A stretch of DNA of 64,000 nt from Octopus bimaculoides (Eukaryota), in NCBI RefSeq assembly GCF_001194135.2, contig NC_069008.1:17283639-17347638 (forward strand), written 5' to 3'. This document shows positions 56,701 through 64,000 of the stretch, piece by piece (within the stretch, counting starts at the first letter, position 1; every line of letters starts with the position of its first letter). A program made the position numbers and the translations under genes. The notes under the pieces are model-generated. The model was not told the DNA's origin. It saw nothing but the letters and a program-made list of their open reading frames with translations, and searched no databases.

Positions 56701-59411
56701 GACAGCATATGTGTAGAGAGAAGGGGAAAAAAGGGAGGAGAAAGAGTTATTGAGAGAGAGAGAGAGAGAGTGTGTGAATGATCAATAAATAAGTTGTATT
56801 GTTACCTTAGTAACTATCAAGTTATGATTAAAACTGTGGGAATCCTAAGTACAAGCCTGTTAAAACAATGCAACACAGATTTCAAAAAGAGATTATTTGC
56901 ATATATATATAACAGATATAGTTATTTATCCTTGGTTTTTAGTGTATGTATGTGAAAGAGAGATACGCAGTGAGCATTGCCAACTTAGTAACTAACAAGT
57001 TTCGATTAAACCTGGAAGTTTTAAATGCAAGTCTGTTAACACAAGGCAGCACAGACTTCAAAAGGAGACTATACTCTTTCTCTCTCTTTTACTCTTTTAC
57101 TTGTTTCAGTCATTTGACTGCGGCCATGCTGGAGCACTGCCTTTTAGTTGATAAAAAAAATCGACCCCAGAGCTTGTTCTTTGTAAGCCTAGTCCTTACT
57201 CTATCGGGCTCTTTTGCCGAACTACAAGCAACTTACCACACAGCCATGTAATGTAAGTGTATATGTTCGACAGAGTGCTAGTGTTTTGAGAGAGAAGTTT
57301 AGGCAAAAGAGGAATTGGTTGCTGTGTGCAAGAGAGAAGACTGTGCCGGTTTGGTCATGTGATGCAGATGAATGCTGACAACTCAATAATGCGCGTGTGT
57401 GTGTGGGTGTGTGTGTGTGAGCATCTGTGTGTCTAAGACACTTGTGTGTATATATGTAGATTTGTATGTGTTTATGCATATGTGTGTGTGTTGGCAAACA
57501 AGGGCCAGGTGAACGAGTGAATGTAACATGGCCACCTCACCTGGTTCTAATAACTGTGGTTCGCTGTTATCTTCAGTGTTAGACAGACAATAGACTTCGT
57601 TAGAACTGCAAAAATAAATAGGGGCTCATTATATATATACATAACTCTCTCCCCACTTCTTCTTTTTCTTTGTCTTACAGGGGTCACCAAGTAAGACAAC
57701 TATCTCGGTGTCTTTCTTATTTCTTTACTGCCCACAAGGGGCTACACACAGAGGGGACAAACAAGGACAGAAAAACGGATTAAGTCGATTATATCGACCC
57801 CAGTGCGTAACTGGTACTTATTTAATCGACCCCGAAAGGATGAAAGGTAAAGTCGACCTCAGCGGAATTTGAACTCAGAACATAATGGCAGACAAAATAC
57901 CACTAAGCATGAAGAGTTACATCAATCTTTCTAACATATAATAATAATAATAATAATAATAACAATAATCCTTTCTATTGTAGGCACAAGGCTTCGAATT
58001 TGGGGGAAGGAATTAAGTTGATTATATCGGGCCCCAGTGCATAACCGGTACTTGTTAATCAACACTGAAAGGATGAAAGGCAACGTTGATCTCAAATAAT
58101 AATAATAATAATAATAATAATCTGCAGACATTTTAGGAAGTCAGTAGAACTTACCTGAGATCCATTAAGACAATAGTAAAAGGTGAGAAATCCGTGCGGA
58201 GAGAAGCTAAAGTGTTCGTGTAAGACACAGCAGTATATTGGTCATTGTTCAAATAGTCGGACACAAGTTGACCTTGGAATGAAAAGAGAGAGAGTGTCGT
58301 AAGAAACATAGACACAAATATGTGTGCGTGTGTTTGGATGGATGGATTGATTGATAGAGAGACAGACAGGTAAAAAGATAGACAGGTAGCTAGAGAGATA
58401 AACAGAAAGATATACATTTAGTTAGAGAGATAGGTGAGCTAGACAGGTAGCTAGAGAAATAGAAATACAGAAATACATATAGATAGATAGGGTGATCAAA
58501 TAAGAAAAAAACAAAATGGTCAACAGTCCTTCCTGTGCCATAAACTCAAAGTTGGTTTTCTCTTTGCCAGCTGAGTGGAATGGAGTAATGCAAAATGAAG
58601 TGTTTTGCTTAAGAACGCAATGATTGCCCAGTCCAGGAATTGAAACTATAATCTCAAGATCATGAGTGCAACACCCTAACCACTTAGCCATGTGCCTCAA
58701 TCGATCAATCAATAGATTGAAAGATAGATAGACAGATAAATAAATAGATGGATGGATGGATAGACAAACAGATAGACAGATAGACATATATATAGATAAA
58801 TAAATAGACAAATAGATAGATGAACAGACAGATAGATAGATAAGATAGGTAGATAAATAGTTATATCTGTGTGTGTGTGTGTGTTTGTAAATGAAGACAA
58901 AATCAAAAAGAAGGACAGTTCACGTACCACGATGCTTCTTGGAAGGGTCTGGTTCCTCACAGTAAATGTTTAGTAAACAAGATAATTTACCATTCCGGTT
59001 CACAGCTAGCCATGTTCCACCTTCTCGTCCCTCCATAAGATCCATACCTTGATGAAACAAACGCAGAAGAGCTAAAGACAGTGTCGGTTGATTAGGTATA
59101 CAAATTCACACATTTTTAAACACTGTTTTTCATCACCGTCACCCGCCAACACCATCAACACTATCATCATATCGACATTATCATGATCATCAAAGCTGGC
59201 TGAATCATTAGCACGCTGGGCGAAATGTTTATTGGTATTTCGTCTACCGCTACATTCTGAGATCAAATTCCACCGTGGCTGATTTTGCCTTTCATCCTTT
59301 CAGGGTCAATAAATTAAGTACCAGTGAAACGCTGGGGTTGATGTAATCAACTAGTCCCCTCCTCCCCCCATATTTCAGGCCTTGTGCCTTTAACAGAAAG
59401 GACTATTATTA

Positions 59412-59451
<40 letters not shown>

Positions 59452-60224
59452 GGTAGTGAGCTGGTAGACTTGTTAGTATGCTGGGCAAAGTGCTTTACGG
59501 TATTTCATCCGTTTCTATGTTCTGAGTTCAAACTCTGCTGGGGTTGACTTTGCCTTTCATCCCAGCCACATCATTCTGGGTTCAGTCCTACTGCGTGGCA
59601 CCTTGGGCAAGTGTCTTCTACTACAGCCTCGGCACAACCAAATCCTTGCGAGTGGATTTGGTAGACGGAAACTGAAAGAAACCTGTTGTACATATATATA
59701 TGTATGTGTATGTGTCTGTGTCCTATAACTTAGTAGTTCAGCAAAAAGAGGCTGATAAAATAAATACTAGGCTAACAAACCCTTTAAGGTGGTGGCTCCA
59801 GCATGGCCACAGTCAAATGACAAGCAAATAAAAGACGTGTGTGTGTGTGTTTGTTCTCCACCCCCACTTCAACCAGTTGACAACAAGTGTTGGTGTGTTT
59901 GTGTTCCTGTAACTTAGCAGTTCAGCAAAAGATATTAATAGAATAAGTACCACTTCTTTAAAAAAAGAAGTACAGCAGTTGATTCATTTGACAAAAAATT
60001 GCTCAAGCCGGTGCCCCAGCAGGGCCACAGTCTAGTGAGTGAAACAAGTAAAAGATAAAAGAGAACAAGAACTACCACTTACCACCAATACACTGAGGAT
60101 TGTCCTTCCAGAATCCGAGGGGTAATGTGAGGCGATCCCAGCTTTCATCACGGATATTGGCTAAGATCAGGCGATATTTATCTGGCGAAGGATCAGCGAG
60201 GAAATGGAAGAAGAGCATACACAT
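53643..60224 (-). CDS. TANGO2: Transport and Golgi organization protein 2 homolog (NRDE family); 6 coding exons visible, at least one more probably in gap 55592-55975
   Basis: MC.. start, YRLILA..RDE, GGTWL, GKLSCLLN, RG.LV..YL and GSRTHTVLLVD. Phase changes from 1 to 2 between exon 4 and the next visible exon, and the usual GLSN..PW.K segment is absent, so an exon is missing. Confidence 0.92.
53815..54200 (-). mobile_element. Retroposon 3'-tail repeat with (GAT)n tail
   Basis: Copies at 33880-34020, 37200-37370, 47215-47465, 51485-51565 and 60985-61070. Confidence 0.75.
54548..54643 (-). CDS. TANGO2: TANGO2 penultimate exon
   Basis: YYDQEYTQKFPSFKSTIPYIYFQNEEERRGSR; atccag| ... ag|gtaaaa. 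Confidence 0.8.
57541..57605 (-). CDS. TANGO2: TANGO2 exon 4
   Basis: SNEVYCLSNTEDNSEPQLLEP g|gtgagg. Confidence 0.85.
58155..58272 (-). CDS. TANGO2: TANGO2 exon 3
   Basis: GQLVSDYLNNDQYTAVSYTNTLASLRTDFSPFTIVLMDL. Confidence 0.9.
58928..59047 (-). CDS. TANGO2: TANGO2 exon 2
   Basis: GMDLMEGREGGTWLAVNRNGKLSCLLNIYCEEPDPSKKHR. Confidence 0.93.
60083..60224 (-). CDS. TANGO2: TANGO2 coding exon 1
   Basis: MCMLFFHFLADPSPDKYRLILANIRDESWDRLTLPLGFWKDNPQCIG g|gtaagt; a 5'UTR acceptor is likely at 60258/60259. Confidence 0.92.
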
Positions 60225-61056
60225 TGTCAGAGGATTGTGTCAGGATGAGGATGTCCTCCTGGTGGCAGAGAAAGGGAGAGAAATGTAGCAAAACCACTGA
60301 CCAATGGGGGAACGGTTAGATCAGTCGGCACCTGGAGGTTGAGAATGTGTATGGTGTTCTGACGTCACCTCACACAAAACCACTGAAATTTTCCCTCTGG
60401 TCAGAACTGGGCCTCTAAGAAAAAAACAGGCAGTGACTTCTTAAGAATGGTGGATGACTATCAGGCCAAAACAAATTATAGAATCCCTACAAGTCAACCA
60501 AGAACACTGGACTTGACCGTGGTCGAATCGTCGGGTGACAGGACGTGAAGTAAATCAATCAAATCACAATCAAATGGAAATTGTAGTTGTGGCCTGGGGT
60601 GCCACACTGTGGGAGTGAACCTAGAACCATGCGGTTGGGAAGAAAGCTTCTTACCACACAATTGCACCTGTCATGTTCATAAAATAGTTTTGCAATAAAA
60701 CGAAAAATACTTTTCATGTTTTTGTTTTGCATTTTTTTTCTAAGTTAGCAACCAAACAAAAAGATATTTAAACAACTGAAATAATCTGATTTTCTGCCCA
60801 AACTGGATTGAATAGTCCTATATATAAGTATGTGTGTGTATGTGTGTCACACTGTTTAAGCCTGTTAAAGAATACAAGCAATGTTTCCTCTCCGTTTTGT
60901 AAAAGGCAGTGAAAAGAGGTCGAGGTCAGATCTGCACTGGTGAAGCGTTCACCAGCAACAACCACCCAAACAGACCCATGAGTTGGCTCCAATCTGATCT
61001 GGCAGAGTTTCTACAGCTGGATGCTCTTCCTAATGCCAACCACTCTGGGAGTGTAG

Positions 61057-61350
61057 TCAGTACTTTTTATGTGCCACCAGCACAGGAGCCAGTAAGGTGA
61101 ACCTGGCACCAATCACGTTTGGATGGTGCTTTATATGTGCCACCGGCACCGGAGCCAGTAAGGTGGTCCTGCCACCGAACACATTTGGATGGTACTTTTT
61201 ATGTGCCACCAGCACAGGAGCCAGTAAGGTGAACCTGGCACCAATCACGTTTGGATGGTGCTTTATATGTGCCACCGGCACCGGAGCCAGTAAGGTGGGC
61301 CTGCCACCGAACACATTTGGATGGTACTTTTTATGTGCCACTGGCACAGG
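61057..61350. repeat. 66-bp tandem repeat with alternating A/B units (132-bp higher-order repeat)
   Basis: atgtgccac starts at 61069, 61135, 61201, 61267 and 61333. Confidence 0.9.
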
Positions 61351-61439
61351 AGTCAGTCAGGCTCATATACATATATATATATGTGTATATATATATTTCA
61401 GATAGCAAGACAGTGTGTGAGAGAAAATCATGATGTGAG

Positions 61440-61650
61440 AAAATGTGTTCGCATGGATGATGGGTTACTGGGCAGTTTAGTAACCCTTCGAAGAAGGAAG
61501 AGCTACTATGAAGGGCTACTAAATGCGGAGAACTAATGGGAGAGAGAGTCTTCCAACAGAAGGACCCATCTAGCTGAATAGACAATAGCAAGGTAGACAA
61601 AGCCATGAAGAATATAAAAATGGGAGAAGCACCTGGCCCATCTGGAATGT
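61440..61650 (+). mobile_element. RTE-type LINE fragment (pre-RT region)
   Basis: KCVRMDDG..SYYEGLLNAEN..KAMKNIKMGEAPGPSG. Confidence 0.75.
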
Positions 61651-63889
61651 GTATGTTTGCCCCCACCGCTATCATTTGACAACTGATGTTGGTGTGTTTA
61701 CGTCCCTGCAACTTAACAGTTTGGCGAAAGAGACCGATAGAATAAATACCAGGCTTACAAAGAATAAGTCCTGGGGGTGGGGGTCGATCTATTTGACTAA
61801 AGGCGGTGCTCCAGCATGGCTGCAGTCAAATGACAGTAACAGATAACAATAAAAGAATGGAGAACAGTGTTGCCAACAAACTGCCCACTCACTTCAAGTT
61901 TTTGAATATAAATAGAATCAGAATACCTGTACTTGAAAAACTAGTTCAGAATTAGTAACAAAAAGTACAGGTGACTATAAGACAAGGTAGGGCACAGTAC
62001 TCACTTAAAAGCCTCATGCCTACTTTAGAGTTTATTTTCGTTGTACAGGATGTTTAGTGGAGGTGCAATGGCCCAGTGGTTAGGGCAGCAGCCTCTCGGT
62101 CATAGGATCGTGGTTTCAATTCCCAGACCGGGCGTTGTGAGTGTTTATTGAGCGAAAACACCTAAAGCTCCACGAGGCTCCGGCAGGGGATGGTGGCGAA
62201 TCCTGCTGTACTCTTCCACCACAACTTTCTCTCACTCTTACTTCCTGTTTCTGTTGTGCCTGTAATTCAAAGGGTCAGCCTTGTCACACTTTGTGCCACG
62301 GTGAATATCCCAGAGAACTACGTTAAGAGTAGCACCACAAGAATGGTTGTGTGAAACATGGGAGTGTTTTTTTTTTTGGCCACCTCCAGTATATTCATCG
62401 AATCTGTGCATGGAATGGTTATGCAGTCATGCTTTTGCTATTAAAAGTTTAATGGTTCAAGGTTAACCTGAGTTAAGCGACTACAACAACAAGGCCTTTC
62501 TGCATGGTCATCCAAACTGCTAGACATAGCAGCCAAACGTAAAAACAAACAAATGGATATTTAAGAATTCCAAAATAAAACCTAACGTAATGTGGTCATT
62601 ATTTCCAAGTGGACTTCGGAATGTAACACTAAATCAGCTTCGTTTGTGAATGTAAGACATTAAAAATGGGACACATTGCACAATGTAGTCCAAAGTACAC
62701 TTGTGTGTAACAGAAAGAAGGAAAAAGCTGATATGGTCATTCTGTGATGCTTTTGATATCAAAGATCTGTTGGTTCAAGTTTAAACTGTGTTAACCCTTT
62801 TGATACCAACCTGGCTGAAACCACTTCTGGCTCTGTAGTACAAATGTCTTGTTTTCATAAGTTTTGAATTAAAATCTTCCACCAAACCTTAGTCACAATT
62901 TATGTTCCTAACACTAGCTGAATGATAACGAAGTTATTTTACCAAATTCTTTGTTATATTTAAAATTAATTGAAACAAACCTTGTCAAGCCAAGTGAAAT
63001 TGTAGTCGTGACCGATGCTGGCATCACATAACTGGCACCCATGCAGGCGGCACATAAAAATCACCTGTGCCATCAGCACAGGTGCTACTGACGTGATACT
63101 GGCATCGGCCATGCAATTGAACTGTACTTTTTACATGTCTCAAAGAATTGTCTGATCCAGTCAAGCAAGGAAATGTGAATGTGATGCTGATGATGATGAT
63201 GTACATAAAAACAGAGTTTTTAAAAGAAATTTTTTTAAAGCCCTGCAACCCCAGAAGTATGAAAGGCCCCAACAACTTCAGCAAGATAGGAACGTTACAA
63301 CATACCGTAATAGATACCTAAGCTACCACTACACTACAGCTCATCTACCAGTACTAGATTAACCATTAAGCAAGACAAACACATGCCTAGGGCATCAAGG
63401 GAAGGAGGGGGGCACCACAGAAATGGTAAATGGTTTACAGCACAAAAGAAATCACTTTAAAATTGTTAAAATACTATTCAAAGTGGTTTATATGATTGGG
63501 AATATAATTTTAGAGTGTTCATGGTGTCACAGGAAGGATCTGATCAAAGATTTTGCATTTAAAAAAGTCAAAGAAAACTTCTTCAAATCTAAATAAATTG
63601 GAATTATACAAAAATAAACATCATTTTCCATCTTAATGTCAGTTTTGTTTCATTTTAAAAAATAAAAAAAATTATTTAATGGTTTATTATTGTTTATATT
63701 TTGAATTACATATATATATAAATAGGCGCAGGAGTGGCTGTGTGGTAAGTAGCCTGCTTACCAACCACATGGTTCCGGGTTCAGTCCCACTGCGTGGCAC
63801 CTTCGGCAAGTGTCTTCTACTATAGCCTCGGGCCGACCAAAGCCTTGTTAGTGGATTTGGTAGACGGAAACTGAAATAAGCCCGTCGTA

Positions 63890-63920
<31 letters not shown>

Positions 63921-64000
63921 GTTTGTGTGTCTGTGTTTGCCCCCCCACCCAACTTAGCGGTTCGGCAAAAGAAACCGATAGAATAAGTACTAGGCTTCCA

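Overview
Eukaryotic, repeat- and microsatellite-rich draft scaffold with many N gaps. The SINE families and microsatellite style suggest an Octopus-like cephalopod (inference). I reconstructed four spliced protein-coding genes by hand from GT-AG boundaries with consistent reading phase: SPATA1-like (+, 8581-18912), AMPK catalytic alpha subunit PRKAA (-, 42879-23822), ARMC7 (+, 46043-51922) and TANGO2 (-, 60224-53643). SPATA1/PRKAA and ARMC7/TANGO2 are convergent; PRKAA/ARMC7 are divergent. Parts of two PRKAA exons and probably one TANGO2 exon fall in gaps. Introns and intergenic DNA contain tRNA-derived SINEs, RTE-type LINE fragments, Penelope-like (GIY-YIG) remnants, a Helentron-type HINE, TTAA-flanked MITEs, a mariner end and several minisatellites. 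The most notable signal, which the ORF track does not show, is a set of about ten hammerhead-ribozyme-like motifs of the minimal Penelope type (palindromic stem III). Four carry an unusual ~70-nt branched insert in stem II and sit in inverted Penelope pseudo-LTRs. One near-canonical motif lies in the sense strand of a SPATA1 intron and another in an ARMC7 intron. TANGO2 has IRDE in place of its family NRDE motif. Homology calls come from recalled family motifs; no searches or folding programs were run.
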